A stretch of 64,000 bases of DNA from the NCBI GenBank assembly GCA_050331455.1, contig JBHJGV010000031.1, positions 29,098-93,097 of the forward strand, in the 5' to 3' direction. This document shows positions 47,611 through 58,691 of the stretch, one piece after another; position 1 is the stretch's first letter, and every line of letters starts with the position of its first letter. Position numbers and translations under genes: made by a program. The notes under the pieces are model-generated. The model was given only the letters and a program-made list of their open reading frames with translations. It was not told the DNA's origin and did no database searches. Origin of the DNA: Alphaproteobacteria bacterium. Its GTDB lineage: Bacteria > Pseudomonadota > Alphaproteobacteria > JAJFIK01.

Positions 47611-50600
47611 ATGCAAGGCCAGACGGGCGGCATTTTTTCCCAAGGAACGGACCAGGATGATACCATCACCGGCAGCGCCGGCGCCGATGTGCTGCGGGGC
47701 GGTTACGGCAATGACCGGCTCGAAGGGGCGGACGGCAACGACGTGCTCGACGGCGAGCGCGGCTCGGATCTGCTCATCGGCGGCGCGGGTAACGATGTTC
47801 TGATCGCGGCGTCCGACGGCGGCGAACCAGTGGTGGCCCAGAATTACAATCCGAACCAGGGCCGCAATGGGGAGATCGATCCGACCACCAACACGCTCTA
47901 CCCCAACCAGCCCTTTATCGCCGACGACATGCTCGTCGGCGGGGCCGGCGCGGACCTCTTCCTGATCAAGCCGCAAATCAACGCCAAGGCGGACATCATC
48001 GCCAAGCATACGGACGATGACGGCCGGATTGACTGGGCGGATGTGGCCGGCGAGAACGGCAATATCCACGACCATTGGGTGGACCGGATCGCCACGGACA
48101 CGATTGTCGATTTTTCCAGGGCCGAAGGCGACCAGATCTTCGTTTATGGCCACACCGCAGCGATTTCCGTCACCCATGACGACGTGGACGGAGACGGTGA
48201 CCAGGAATCCATTATCGAGGTCATCTCCGACCAGCCCAATGGCGGCGCCCACGACAATGACAAGCTGGGCTATGTCATCGTGAACGGCGACCGCATAACC
48301 GAAGACGATGTGGAGGTCAATCGTCCGCCCACCTATGGTGTTGTTGAGACCATTGGCGAGATCCTGGAGGCGGTGAACCCGTCGGGCGTGACCGATCCGA
48401 CGCCGGAGTCGACGCAAACCGACAACCCTTTTGTCAATCAGGTCACAAAAGCACCGGCCGGCGTCGAACCGGTCTTCACCGAAAACGTCCAGCCCGTTGT
48501 GAAGGTCGCCGGCGAGGATGAAACCGTCTCGGGCACGGGCCGTGCAGACAGCCTGATCGAGGATGCCGGTGTGGAGGCCGCCGCATCCCTCGGTAAGCCG
48601 ATCTCCTTCTGGTCCTTGAGCGACGGCGAGAACGGCGTGTTCGCGGACGCAGGCGGCGTCGCCAATGCGTTTTATTACATTCAGGACAATGGCGAGGCAT
48701 CCCTCCAGACCGGGTTCATCCCCGTCATGCCGGGACCGGACGGTCAGCTTGCCCCCCTGTTCGGCGTGCAAGAGGACAGCTTTGCTTACGTGGCCCACAA
48801 CGAGGCCTATGAGGTCCTGAACGGGACCGTCACAGCCTGGTTCAATTCCGTCGATCTCGGCGGCACCCAGACGATTTTTGCCAAAGACGGCTCCGGCCCC
48901 CAGGGCGGCGGTCATTTCAAGGCCGTCGTGAACAGCGATGGGACCCTGGAGATCCGCTTTGCGGAAGGCGACAATCGCGGGAGCAGCGGCTACAACCACG
49001 AATGGGAAACAAAGGAGCCGGTGGTCGAGGAAGGCGTCTGGCACCATGTCGCCTTGAGCTTCACCGAAACAGGGCTTGCGGTTTATCTGGACGGGGAACG
49101 CCTGGACGACAACGCCTTCAAGCAGATCGGCGGATCCCAGAATGTGGCCCTCAGCGACTATCAGAAGGCCTACATAATCGGTAATGACAAGCCCATGTTG
49201 ATCGGCGCGGGCTCAAGCCGGGTGCAGCTTGACGACACGGCAGAGGCCCTGGGCATCGACGACCGGCTGGACGATTTCTTCGAAGGCGGCATCACGCAGG
49301 TGGGTTTCTGGGGCGGCGACACGCCGGCGGCCGCGCTCACAGACGCCCAAATCCAAGAGCTTGTCCAAAACGGCCCCGGCGATCTGTCCGAGGCCGGACC
49401 GGGCCTTGGGACGGTGTATACGGTCAGTGACGAGATCATCAACGGCAATGGCGGCAACGACACCCTCGATGGCGGCGCCGGAGACGACAGCCTGAACGGC
49501 GGCGATGGGAACGATGTCCTGATGGGCGGCTATGGCGACGATGCCGTCAATGGTGAAAGCGGCAACGACACCGTCCAGGGCGGCCATGGCAATGATACCG
49601 TGATGGGCGGCGACGGCAACGACCTGGTCCTCAGCCGGTCCGACGGACGCGAACCGCTGATTGCCCAGTCCATCAACCGAGACGATGACCCGGATTACGA
49701 CATCGATTTCGATGCGCGGCTGCTTTATCCGTCCCAGGCCGCCATGCCGTCCAATGACGTGCTGACTGGCGGTGCGGGGGCGGATGATTTCCGGATCGAG
49801 ACCCTAATCAATGCCAAGGAAGACATCATCAACCGCCATGTAAACGATGATCGCACCATCAACTGGCAGGGTGTCGCCGGTGAAAACACCGACGTTCACG
49901 ACCACTGGGTGGATCGGATCGGCGACGATACGATTACGGATCTGAATCTCGCGGAAGGCGACAGCCTGACCATCGCCGGCCACACGACGGAGGTCTTCGA
50001 CATCGAATACGCCCTCACGGACGGCAACGACCGGCTCGATACGGTCCTGCACCTGCGCTCCAACCAGGGCAATAGCGGCGCCCACAACAAGGACCTGCTC
50101 GGCACCCTGACGGTGCTCGATGTGGAACTGGACGAGGATGACTTCACCGTCGATCGGGCCCCGTTCTACGGTATCGTGGACACGATCGATCAGTATAAGG
50201 AGGCGATCACTCCCCTCATTCTGCCGGACGAGACCATCCCGACCGAGCCGGGTGCCCCCCTGCCGGACGAGGAGACGCCGGACCGGCCCGATCCGGATCC
50301 GTCGGACACACCGTCCGGCACGCGACGTAACGATGTGCTCACGGGGACCGAGGAGGGTGAGACCCTGAACGCTCTGGCCGGAAACGATACCGTGTCGGGC
50401 CAGGGGGGCGATGACACCCTGCTCGGCGCCAATGGCCGGGACTCCCTCGAGGGCGGCTCGGGCAATGACGATCTGCAGGGTGGGAATGGCCGCGACACCC
50501 TGGAGGGCGGCGGCGACAACGACACCCTCGACGGCGGCATCGGCGTGGACCAGCTGAACGGCGGCGACGGCGATGATAGCCTTGATGGGGCCGGCGGCAG

Positions 50601-51045
50601 CGACACCCTTGAGGGTGGAGACGGAAACGACACGCTGCTCGGCGACCGGGGCTCGGATGCCATGGCGGGCGGCGGCGGCGAGGATGCCCTGACCGGCGGT
50701 GCCGGTCGGGACACCTTGGATGGCGGCACCGGCGATGACACGCTCGAAGGCGGTCGCGGCGGTGACCGGCTCATCGGCGGTGATGGCGTCGACACCTTCG
50801 TTCTTGCCGATCGATTTGGCCGGGACGTTTTGGTTGACTTCTCCGACGGCGACCTGATCGACGCCCAGGGCACAACCGCCGGCTTCGCGGATTTCGACCT
50901 CAACGGCGACGGTCTGATCGATGCGGACGATGTCGGGCGCACGGTCCGTTTGGTCGAAAACGACCTGATCCTGCGCTTTGACGGCGGCGCACGCCTCACC
51001 ATCGAAGACACTGAGGCGCTTCAAAGCGAAGACATCCTCTTCTAA
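47611..51045 (+). CDS. Large RTX Ca-binding protein with a LamG-like domain and two HDHWVD modules
   Basis: Many GGxGxD repeats; LamG-like GTVTAWF...WHHVALSF..GLAVYLDG; duplicated ~190-aa module; EF-hand-like DLNGDGLID near the C-terminus; ATG 47611 after GGAG. Confidence 0.88.
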   Translation: MQGQTGGIFSQGTDQDDTITGSAGADVLRGGYGNDRLEGADGNDVLDGERGSDLLIGGAGNDVLIAASDGGEPVVAQNYNPNQGRNGEIDPTTNTLYPNQPFIADDMLVGGAGADLFLIKPQINAKADIIAKHTDDDGRIDWADVAGENGNIHDHWVDRIATDTIVDFSRAEGDQIFVYGHTAAISVTHDDVDGDGDQESIIEVISDQPNGGAHDNDKLGYVIVNGDRITEDDVEVNRPPTYGVVETIGEILEAVNPSGVTDPTPESTQTDNPFVNQVTKAPAGVEPVFTENVQPVVKVAGEDETVSGTGRADSLIEDAGVEAAASLGKPISFWSLSDGENGVFADAGGVANAFYYIQDNGEASLQTGFIPVMPGPDGQLAPLFGVQEDSFAYVAHNEAYEVLNGTVTAWFNSVDLGGTQTIFAKDGSGPQGGGHFKAVVNSDGTLEIRFAEGDNRGSSGYNHEWETKEPVVEEGVWHHVALSFTETGLAVYLDGERLDDNAFKQIGGSQNVALSDYQKAYIIGNDKPMLIGAGSSRVQLDDTAEALGIDDRLDDFFEGGITQVGFWGGDTPAAALTDAQIQELVQNGPGDLSEAGPGLGTVYTVSDEIINGNGGNDTLDGGAGDDSLNGGDGNDVLMGGYGDDAVNGESGNDTVQGGHGNDTVMGGDGNDLVLSRSDGREPLIAQSINRDDDPDYDIDFDARLLYPSQAAMPSNDVLTGGAGADDFRIETLINAKEDIINRHVNDDRTINWQGVAGENTDVHDHWVDRIGDDTITDLNLAEGDSLTIAGHTTEVFDIEYALTDGNDRLDTVLHLRSNQGNSGAHNKDLLGTLTVLDVELDEDDFTVDRAPFYGIVDTIDQYKEAITPLILPDETIPTEPGAPLPDEETPDRPDPDPSDTPSGTRRNDVLTGTEEGETLNALAGNDTVSGQGGDDTLLGANGRDSLEGGSGNDDLQGGNGRDTLEGGGDNDTLDGGIGVDQLNGGDGDDSLDGAGGSDTLEGGDGNDTLLGDRGSDAMAGGGGEDALTGGAGRDTLDGGTGDDTLEGGRGGDRLIGGDGVDTFVLADRFGRDVLVDFSDGDLIDAQGTTAGFADFDLNGDGLIDADDVGRTVRLVENDLILRFDGGARLTIEDTEALQSEDILF

Positions 51046-51183
51046 CGGGGCGGTGTCACCACGCGGGTGATCGGGGCCGGCCGGAACCATCCGGACCGGC
51101 CCCTTCCGTCTTGGTGTTGCCTGTCGCCCCCGTTAGATTAAGCAAACCGCATCGTTGAGGGACAGGACATCGGGAGCCGCTTG

Positions 51184-51924
51184 ATCATGACACCCACGAA
51201 CAAGACCATGGGCCGGCTCGCGGGCCTTGCCTATTTCGGCGTCGTTGCCGCGGGGATGTTTTCCCTCGCCTATGTGCCCTCACAGCTCATCACCATGGCG
51301 GATCCGGCGGCGACCCTGGAGGCCATCTCGGGCTCGGAACTCTTGTTCCGGGCGGGCGTGGCGGCAGGGTTTGCCTGTTATGTGTGCTTTTTGATCCTGC
51401 CGTTCCTGTTGCATTGGATTTTCGCGCCCTTCGGCCCGGTATCGGCTGCCCTGATGGTCGGCTTCGCTGCCGTCAGTGTGCCGATCTCCATGCTGGCTCT
51501 GTCCCATCAATTTGCGATCATACGTCTGCTGAACGGCGAGCCCGGTGCCATGGACCCGGCAGGCATGGCTGTCACCGTCATACGGCACCTGGAGGATTAT
51601 CGCCTCGATATCTCCGTCGCGGGGCTGTTCTGGGGGCTGTGGCTCATCCCGCTCGGCTATCTCGTGCTGAAGTCGGGCGCCATTCCCCGCGTGCTGGGCG
51701 CGTTTCTGGTGTTGGGCGGCCTCGGCTACGTGCTGGAGTTTTTCGGGCCCATCGTCTTCGCAGGGTATCGGGACAGCATCGTCAACAGTTACGACACGGC
51801 TGCCTCGTCCATCGGCGAACTCGGCACGTGTTTCTGGCTGTTGATCATGGGCGCACGGGAGATGATGCCGCCGGCCTTTCTGGCCACGCAGACGGTGGAC
51901 GGCGAACCCCACGGCGCGGGGTGA
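51184..51924 (+). CDS. DUF4386-like multi-pass membrane protein
   Basis: GRLAGLAYF, LFRAG, FWGLWLIPLGYLVLKSGAIPRVLG, GELGTCFWLL. Confidence 0.75.
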   Translation: MMTPTNKTMGRLAGLAYFGVVAAGMFSLAYVPSQLITMADPAATLEAISGSELLFRAGVAAGFACYVCFLILPFLLHWIFAPFGPVSAALMVGFAAVSVPISMLALSHQFAIIRLLNGEPGAMDPAGMAVTVIRHLEDYRLDISVAGLFWGLWLIPLGYLVLKSGAIPRVLGAFLVLGGLGYVLEFFGPIVFAGYRDSIVNSYDTAASSIGELGTCFWLLIMGAREMMPPAFLATQTVDGEPHGAG

Positions 51925-52416
51925 TCACGCCTGCTGGGCGGCCAGCTTTGCCTCCTTGCGCGCGATGGCTTTGACCTGCGTGCCGGCCCCCCAGCGGAAG
52001 GGAAAGAAAATCGTCGCAAAGACCAACAGCGCCGTGACAATCACCACGCCCGTGATCAGGCCGGGGTCGATGTCGCCCATCATGGCCCAAAAACGTGCCG
52101 GATTGATCCCGCTGTCTGGCTCCATCCGCTCCGCAATAAGCAGGGCGGCAACCAGCGAGGCCAGGCTGAGGACAAAACTCACGACAGTTGCCGCGATCGA
52201 GAACCCGAACCGTTCGCTCAAGGTCGGCAGCCGTTTCGTGCGCGACGCGAAGGTGGTGCCGGCGACAAAGGCCGCCCCGATCGTGGTCCCGATATGCGCC
52301 CCGGACCCCAGGTCGATCCCCGTCAGATAGGGGAAGGCCGTCACAACGAGGCCCAGCCCCAGGGAGATGACAAAAAAGACAAGAACGGATGTAACAACGG
52401 ATGCTCTGCCGATCAC
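51925..52416 (-). CDS. Hypothetical 4-TM membrane protein (resembles the ABZJ_00895 family)
   Basis: GAGGAG RBS before GTG 52416; GIDLGSG and KRLPTLSER motifs. Family call is from recollection only. Confidence 0.6.
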   Translation of the reverse strand: MIGRASVVTSVLVFFVISLGLGLVVTAFPYLTGIDLGSGAHIGTTIGAAFVAGTTFASRTKRLPTLSERFGFSIAATVVSFVLSLASLVAALLIAERMEPDSGINPARFWAMMGDIDPGLITGVVIVTALLVFATIFFPFRWGAGTQVKAIARKEAKLAAQQA

Positions 52417-52598
52417 GGCTCCACTCCTCAACGATTGGCGTGGTCGTAGGGCCAGCGAGCCCGCCCTTGCGGTCGGCACAGTCCGAGCCCCACGCGAATT
52501 CCCTTAATGTTAAGCTACCACGAAACCAACCGCGGACGAAGGCCGGGAGGGGGCGTTCGGGCCCTCAGGGGAGGGCACAAGACCGGCCGATCATCCGT

Positions 52599-53165
52599 TC
52601 ACCGAAAGCCGCCGCCAGCCTCAAGATAGGCTTGTTCACCGGACGTCGTCTCCCGGCCCAGAATGGCGTTGCGGTGAGGAAAGCGGCCGAATTCGGCGAT
52701 CACGTCCCGGTGCAGGCGGGCATAGCGCGCGGCCGAGTGCCCGGCGAGGCGGGCCTCGGTCAACCGCACGCCCTCCTCCTGGGCCGCCAGGTCTTCCTGG
52801 TGGGTATACGGACTGTAAAAGAACTGGCGGCGGTCAGGATCCTCCTCCTCCAGGTCGAAGCCATCGCCTATGGCCCGCCGCGCCACGACCAGCGCGCGCC
52901 CGTCGCCAGCAAAGGCCCGGGGCGTGCCCCGGAACATGTTGCGGGTGAACTGGTCCAGCAGCAGAAGCAAGGCCAATGCGCCTGGGCGGTTGTCCCGCCA
53001 ATCCGCCAGCTCGCCCGCCAGCGCCCGGTCGACCAACGCGCCGAACCGTTCGCCCACCGCGGCATCGAAGGCCGGCGTGGCGTTGAACCAGGTCCGCGGC
53101 GCCGTTTCCTCGAACCAGAAGGCCAGCACGGACCGGGCCGTGTCACCGGTCTCAAACAATCCCAT
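52599..53165 (-). CDS. DUF924 family protein
   Basis: VLAFWF, LLLLDQFTRNMFRGTPRAF, FFYSPYTHQE, FGRFPHRNAILGR. Confidence 0.92.
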   Translation of the reverse strand: MGLFETGDTARSVLAFWFEETAPRTWFNATPAFDAAVGERFGALVDRALAGELADWRDNRPGALALLLLLDQFTRNMFRGTPRAFAGDGRALVVARRAIGDGFDLEEEDPDRRQFFYSPYTHQEDLAAQEEGVRLTEARLAGHSAARYARLHRDVIAEFGRFPHRNAILGRETTSGEQAYLEAGGGFR

Positions 53166-53253
53166 GGGGTCGCCCTGCTCTGTTGCCACCGCCATCGACG
53201 CTCTTGTGCGCAAGGGTCGGACGGGCCGATCATGGATGTCGGAGGATACGGCC

Positions 53254-55833
53254 ATGCCATTCACCCCCCAAGCCCGATCGGACCTCGACTGCCTCTACCG
53301 GCCCCGGTCCGTCGCCGTCATCGGCGCCTCCGACCGGGAGGATAGCATTGCCGGCGCCCTCACCCGCAATCTGGTGGACGGTTTCATGGGCACCGTCACC
53401 CTGGTCAATCCGGCGCGTTCGAATGTGCTCGGTCGGCCCTGCCTGCCCTCGATCGAGGCGCTCGGCGAGACCTTTGCCGAGCCGCCCGATCTCGCGGTCA
53501 TCGTGACGCCGGCCGATGCGGTGCTGGCGAGTGTGGAAGCCCTGGCGCCAATCGGCGTGAAGGCGGCCGTGGTGATCACGGATCCCAAACGGGGCCGGAT
53601 GGCGGCGGCAGAGCTGCGCCAGCGCCTGCTGGATGTGGCGCGCAGCACGGGCTTGCGCATCAACGGGCCGAACTGCCTTGGCATCGCGACCCCGGCCCTC
53701 GGGCTCCACGCCACCATGTCCCGCTTCCGCGCGGCAGACGGGGACATCGCCTTTTTCGGCCAGTCCGCCACCGCCGCCGGGCCCATGGTGGACTGGGCTC
53801 ACCAGGAAGGCCTCGGCTTTTCCCATATCATTTCGCTTGGTGACATGGCGGATGTGGACTATGCGGACGTGCTGTTCTACCTCGCCGACGATCCGCACAC
53901 CCGGGTCATCGTTCTTTATACCGAACGGCTGCCTTCGGCGCGGGCTTTTCTGTCGGCGGCCCGCCATGCGGCGCGCAGCAAACCCGTCATTGTGCTGAAG
54001 GCTGGCGTCCTGGCCGACGGCGGCGGTCAGGACGATATTCCCCAGGACTGCGTCTACGAGGCGGTCTTCCGCCGGGCCGGCATCCTGCGCGTGCGGACAC
54101 TGGAGACCCTGTTCAACGCGGTGGAAGCGCTGTCCATGCGTCTGCCCGGCGACGCACCCACGGCCAGGGGCGAGCGCCTCGCCATCCTCGCAAATGGCGA
54201 AAGCATGGGCACCCTCGCCCTTGACACCCTGCGTGAGCGGGGCGGCATGCCGGCGAGCCTGTCATCCGAGACCATCGCCAGGCTGGGCGCGATCCTGCCA
54301 CCGGGACGCCCGCGGACCAATCCCATCGACATCCTGCCGGACGCCGATGGGGAGCGCTATGCCGAGGCCCTGGAAATCCTGATGGAGGACACCGGGATTG
54401 ACGGCGTGCTGGTGCTTGCCGGGCCGACGGGGATCGCCTCCGGCATGGACATGGCCCAGGCGGTGGCCGGCGTCGTGGAGGCGGCGCGGGCCAAACCGGG
54501 CCGCCGGCGGCCCTGGATCGGCACGTCCTGGCCCGGGGGCACGCAGGCCAGGCCCGCCCGGGCCCTGTTCGCCGAGGCGCATATCCCGACCTTCGAGACG
54601 CCCTCGGCCGCCGTCAATGTGTTCCATGTGCTGAACGAACACCGCCGGGTGCGTGAGGCCCTGCAGGAGACCCCGGCCTCGATTCCCGAGGCCTTCGCCG
54701 TCGATCCAAGCATGGCGCGCAGCGTGCTGGACGCGGCCCGGGACAAGGGCGAGCGGCTGCTCGGCCCCATGGACCGGGTCACGGTCCTCTCCGCCTTTGG
54801 CTTGCACCGGGAGCCGCCGCGCGGCCAGGCGTTTCCCGCCACAGCCGGAGCGCCGAACCCGGTGCCCTGGCGCATCGCCAGCCTGTTCGATGAAGAGTTC
54901 GGCCCCCTGATCGCCCTCGGCCTCGGCGGGCCCGTCGCCCCGCTGATCGATCGCCCCGTCGTCGCCCTGCCGCCCCTCAATCAGACGCTGGCGCGGGACG
55001 CTGTCCTGTCCCACGCGGCCGGAGCCCGGCTCCACCGCACCCCCGACGGCAATCTTCAAAACCGGGAGGACCTCGATGCCCTGGTCTTCGCGCTGATGCA
55101 GGTCAGCCAGATGCTGGTCGATCTGGAAGACCTGGCGGGGGTGGTGCTCGACCCGGTCCATGTCTGGCCCGGCCCGGCCTTCCTCACAGGCTCCCCCTTC
55201 GCGACGGGGCCGGGGCGCGGCGGAGCGCGTTGGGGCCGGGCGCAGATCCGGGTCCGCGCCGTGGGGGAGGCATACCGGTCCGGCGCCCGGGCCCTGGCCA
55301 TCCAGCCCTATCCCCGCGAGCTTGAGCAGGCCATCACCCTGCGGAACGGCATGACCGGCCAGTTGCGGCCCATCCGGCCCGAGGATGAGCCGGCCCTCGG
55401 CGCCTTCCAACTCCATTTGAGCGATGAGGACATCCGCCTGCGGTTCTTCCGCATGATCCGCAAGAACGACCATGCCCTCCTCGCGACCCTCACCCAGATC
55501 GACTATGCGTGGCACATGGCTTTTGTGGTGACCGGCGAAGGTCTTCCGGGCACGGCGGACATTTTCGGGGTGGCCCGGCTGATCCGGGATCACAAGGACA
55601 ATACGGGCGAATATGCCGTCATCGTGCGTTCGGACATGAAGGGCCGGGGTCTGGGAGGGCTGTTGATGGACCGCCTGATCAGCTATGCGCGCCGGATCGG
55701 CCTGTCGAGTCTGTACGGTCTTGTCCTTTCGGACAATGAGGGCATGCTGAGGGTCAACCGCAAGCTGGGCTTCACCCTGCAACGGGAGCCGGACGATCCC
55801 GGCATCATCCGTGTGACCCTCGATCTGACCTGA
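53254..55833 (+). CDS. Bifunctional acyl-CoA ligase-like/GNAT protein (Pat/Pka protein lysine acetyltransferase type)
   Basis: RPRSVAVIGAS, GPNCLG, SLGDMADV, KPVIVLKAG, NPIDI, C-terminal GNAT (RPIRPED, RLRFF, VRSDMKGRGLG); GGAGGA RBS. Confidence 0.88.
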   Translation: MPFTPQARSDLDCLYRPRSVAVIGASDREDSIAGALTRNLVDGFMGTVTLVNPARSNVLGRPCLPSIEALGETFAEPPDLAVIVTPADAVLASVEALAPIGVKAAVVITDPKRGRMAAAELRQRLLDVARSTGLRINGPNCLGIATPALGLHATMSRFRAADGDIAFFGQSATAAGPMVDWAHQEGLGFSHIISLGDMADVDYADVLFYLADDPHTRVIVLYTERLPSARAFLSAARHAARSKPVIVLKAGVLADGGGQDDIPQDCVYEAVFRRAGILRVRTLETLFNAVEALSMRLPGDAPTARGERLAILANGESMGTLALDTLRERGGMPASLSSETIARLGAILPPGRPRTNPIDILPDADGERYAEALEILMEDTGIDGVLVLAGPTGIASGMDMAQAVAGVVEAARAKPGRRRPWIGTSWPGGTQARPARALFAEAHIPTFETPSAAVNVFHVLNEHRRVREALQETPASIPEAFAVDPSMARSVLDAARDKGERLLGPMDRVTVLSAFGLHREPPRGQAFPATAGAPNPVPWRIASLFDEEFGPLIALGLGGPVAPLIDRPVVALPPLNQTLARDAVLSHAAGARLHRTPDGNLQNREDLDALVFALMQVSQMLVDLEDLAGVVLDPVHVWPGPAFLTGSPFATGPGRGGARWGRAQIRVRAVGEAYRSGARALAIQPYPRELEQAITLRNGMTGQLRPIRPEDEPALGAFQLHLSDEDIRLRFFRMIRKNDHALLATLTQIDYAWHMAFVVTGEGLPGTADIFGVARLIRDHKDNTGEYAVIVRSDMKGRGLGGLLMDRLISYARRIGLSSLYGLVLSDNEGMLRVNRKLGFTLQREPDDPGIIRVTLDLT

Positions 55834-56038
55834 AGACCCGTCGGAAAACCCGTGCCATCACCGGTGCGACCCGCCGGAGAACACGACCGGGGCCGTGAGT
55901 CCCCCGTCGCCCCGTTTTGCGCTGCACAGGGCGGTCTGTATAGTCCGGCGCGAAACAGCAGACCTTTGTGCCCGCGATCCGTCAGATCGGTCCCGGCGGG
56001 CCCTGAGACTGGACCAGCGCCGAGGACGCCCCCGCCCC

Positions 56039-57889
56039 ATGACCCTTCGCAATATTGCGATTATCGCTCACGTCGACCACGGAAAGACGACCCTGGTCGA
56101 TCAACTGCTCAAGCAAAGCGGCACGTTTCGCCAGAATCAGGCCGTGGCCGAACGGGCCATGGATTCGAACGACCTGGAGCGGGAGCGGGGCATTACAATC
56201 CTCGCCAAATGCACGAGCGTGATCTGGGAACCACCGGGCGGCGGCGAGCCTGTGCGCATCAATATTGTCGACACCCCGGGCCATGCGGATTTCGGCGGCG
56301 AAGTGGAGCGCATCCTCTCCATGGTCGACGGCGTGGTGCTGCTGGTCGATGCCGCCGAAGGGCCCATGCCCCAGACCAAATTCGTGACCTCCAAGGCCTT
56401 GGGCCTCGGCCTGCGCCCCATCGTGGTCGTGAACAAGATCGACCGGTCCGATGCCCGCCCCGACGAGGTGCACGAAGAAGTCTTCGATCTGTTTGCCAGC
56501 CTGGACGCCAATGAGGAACAGCTCGACTTTCCCATGCTGTACGCCTCGGGGCGCGACGGATGGGCCGTGACGGATCTGTCCGAGCCGCGGGACTCCCTAC
56601 ACCCCCTCTTTGAACGGATCGTCGCCCATGTGGGCGTCCCCGCGGTCGCCGCGAACGCAACCGAAGACAAGCCCTTCATCATGCTCGCGACCACCTTGCA
56701 GTCGGACCAGTATCTGGGCCGGCTCCTGACGGGGCGGATCGAAAGCGGGATCGCCACGGCGAACCAGTCCGTCAAGGTGCTCAATCGAAACGGCGAGGAG
56801 GTCGAACGCTTTCGTCTGTCGAAGATTCTTTCCTTCCGTGGCCTGACGAAAGAACCTGTCGAGAGGGCCCAGGCCGGTGACATCGTCGCCATTGCCGGAC
56901 TGACGAAAGGCACCGTCGCGGACACCATCTGCGATCCCCAGGTCAGCGAGCCGATCGCCGCGCCCGGCATCGACCCCCCGACGATTTCCGTCACCTTCGG
57001 CGTGAACGATTCGCCCCTGGCCGGCCGGGAGGGTGACAAGGTCCAATCGCGGGTGATCCGCAACCGCCTGATGGCCGAAGCCGAAGGCAACATCGCCCTT
57101 CAAGTGCGCGACACGGAAGACAAGGACAGTTTCGAGGTCTCCGGCCGGGGCGAACTGCAACTGGGCGTGTTGATCGAAACCATGCGCCGGGAAGGCTTCG
57201 AATTGTCGATCAGCCGCCCACAAGTTGTCATGAAGACCGATCCCGACACGGGCGAGAAGCTGGAGCCCGTCGAGGAAGTCGTTATTGATGTGGACGAAGA
57301 ATATTCGGGTACGGTCATCGAGAAGCTGTCCATGCGCAAAGGCGATCTCGTGGACATGAAAACATCCGCCGGCGGCAAATCCCGCATCGTGATGCATTGC
57401 CCGTCCCGCGCACTGATCGGCTATCACGGCGAATTCCTGACGGACACGCGGGGCACCGGCGTGCTCAACCGGCTGTTCCATGGCTATGCCCCTTTCCGCG
57501 GTGCCATCGAAGGCCGACGCAACGGCGTGCTGATTTCCACCGAACAAGGCGATGCGGTGGGTTACGCGCTGTTCAATCTGGAGGACCGGGGCCATCTGTT
57601 CATTCCACCCGGCATTCCCGTCTATCAGGGAATGATCATCGGGGAGCACTCCCGCGACAACGATCTCGACGTGAACCCGCTCAAAGGCAAGCAGCTGACG
57701 AATGTCCGGGCGTCCGGCAAGGACGAAGCCATCAAGCTGTCGCCGCCACGGGCCCTGAAACTCGAAGACGCCATCGCCTATATCGAAGACGATGAACTCG
57801 TGGAGGTCACGCCGGACAGCATCCGTCTGCGCAAACGGGCCCTCTTGCCGCACGAGAGGAAGCGGCGGGCCAAAGATGCCGCAGGTTGA
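56039..57889 (+). CDS. typA: Translational GTPase TypA/BipA
   Basis: [43 protein letters not shown]. Confidence 0.98.
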   Translation: MTLRNIAIIAHVDHGKTTLVDQLLKQSGTFRQNQAVAERAMDSNDLERERGITILAKCTSVIWEPPGGGEPVRINIVDTPGHADFGGEVERILSMVDGVVLLVDAAEGPMPQTKFVTSKALGLGLRPIVVVNKIDRSDARPDEVHEEVFDLFASLDANEEQLDFPMLYASGRDGWAVTDLSEPRDSLHPLFERIVAHVGVPAVAANATEDKPFIMLATTLQSDQYLGRLLTGRIESGIATANQSVKVLNRNGEEVERFRLSKILSFRGLTKEPVERAQAGDIVAIAGLTKGTVADTICDPQVSEPIAAPGIDPPTISVTFGVNDSPLAGREGDKVQSRVIRNRLMAEAEGNIALQVRDTEDKDSFEVSGRGELQLGVLIETMRREGFELSISRPQVVMKTDPDTGEKLEPVEEVVIDVDEEYSGTVIEKLSMRKGDLVDMKTSAGGKSRIVMHCPSRALIGYHGEFLTDTRGTGVLNRLFHGYAPFRGAIEGRRNGVLISTEQGDAVGYALFNLEDRGHLFIPPGIPVYQGMIIGEHSRDNDLDVNPLKGKQLTNVRASGKDEAIKLSPPRALKLEDAIAYIEDDELVEVTPDSIRLRKRALLPHERKRRAKDAAG

Positions 57890-58194
57890 TTGAATTCACA
57901 AAATCTTGATGTCTTACTGACCAGTCGGTTAGGAGAACGAGACGTTTTTTTTCGCGCGGCATGTCGGTTGCAAGTGTTAGCGTGTCCGGCCGGCATGACG
58001 TTGAGCGAAAGGAGAACGCGTGCGTTCGTCAGCCTGTTTCACCGGACTGGTGGGTGCCGAAGGAGAGGGGCGGCACAGTCTCCCGCGCCAGGCAGCACCA
58101 TTCGAAGGCCATTCGTGTTTGCACGAGGCGGCACTCGATTTTGCGCATGACGCACAGTCTGTACGTTAACCGGAGTAAGGTGGAGTCCCCGACC

Positions 58195-58593
58195 ATGAAA
58201 CATCCTGTCGACCTGCATGTGGGCCAACGCCTGCGTCACCGCCGTTGGCTTGTCGGCATGACCCAGCAGCAGCTGGCGAGTGCCGTGGGTATCAAGTTTC
58301 AGCAGATCCAGAAATACGAGAGCGGCGCGAACCGCATCAGTGCGAGCCGCCTGTTCGATCTGGCCAACGCGCTGCAAGTCCCGGTCTCGTTTTTCTTCGA
58401 CGGCCTCGATTCCACGGCGGCCCAGGATGGCCCTGGCGAGACCATCGATCCGGCCGTGCTGGCCGACAAGGAAACCATGGACCTGATCCGCGCCTATTAC
58501 GGCCTGGAAGAAGGCCCGCGGCGCCGGCTCCTGGAACTCGCCAAGGCGCTCAATCATTCGGGTAAGGAAGAAGCGGACCAGAACGCGGCCTGA
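58195..58593 (+). CDS. XRE-family HTH transcriptional regulator
   Basis: HPVDLHVGQRLRHRR...GIKFQQIQKYESGANRISASRL. Confidence 0.93.
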   Translation: MKHPVDLHVGQRLRHRRWLVGMTQQQLASAVGIKFQQIQKYESGANRISASRLFDLANALQVPVSFFFDGLDSTAAQDGPGETIDPAVLADKETMDLIRAYYGLEEGPRRRLLELAKALNHSGKEEADQNAA

Positions 58594-58691
58594 CCCGGAC
58601 GGCCGCCGGGCCCCGCGCCCGGCTGTTGCCGCTCACCCATCCCGGGGTATGGAAAGGGCACCGCCCTTTCCGTCCCCGGAGATCCAGCCCC

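Noticed and set aside
52870-53253. N-terminal extension of the Pat-like ORF
   Set aside because: Overlaps the DUF924 gene on the other strand; GGAGGA RBS precedes ATG 53254.
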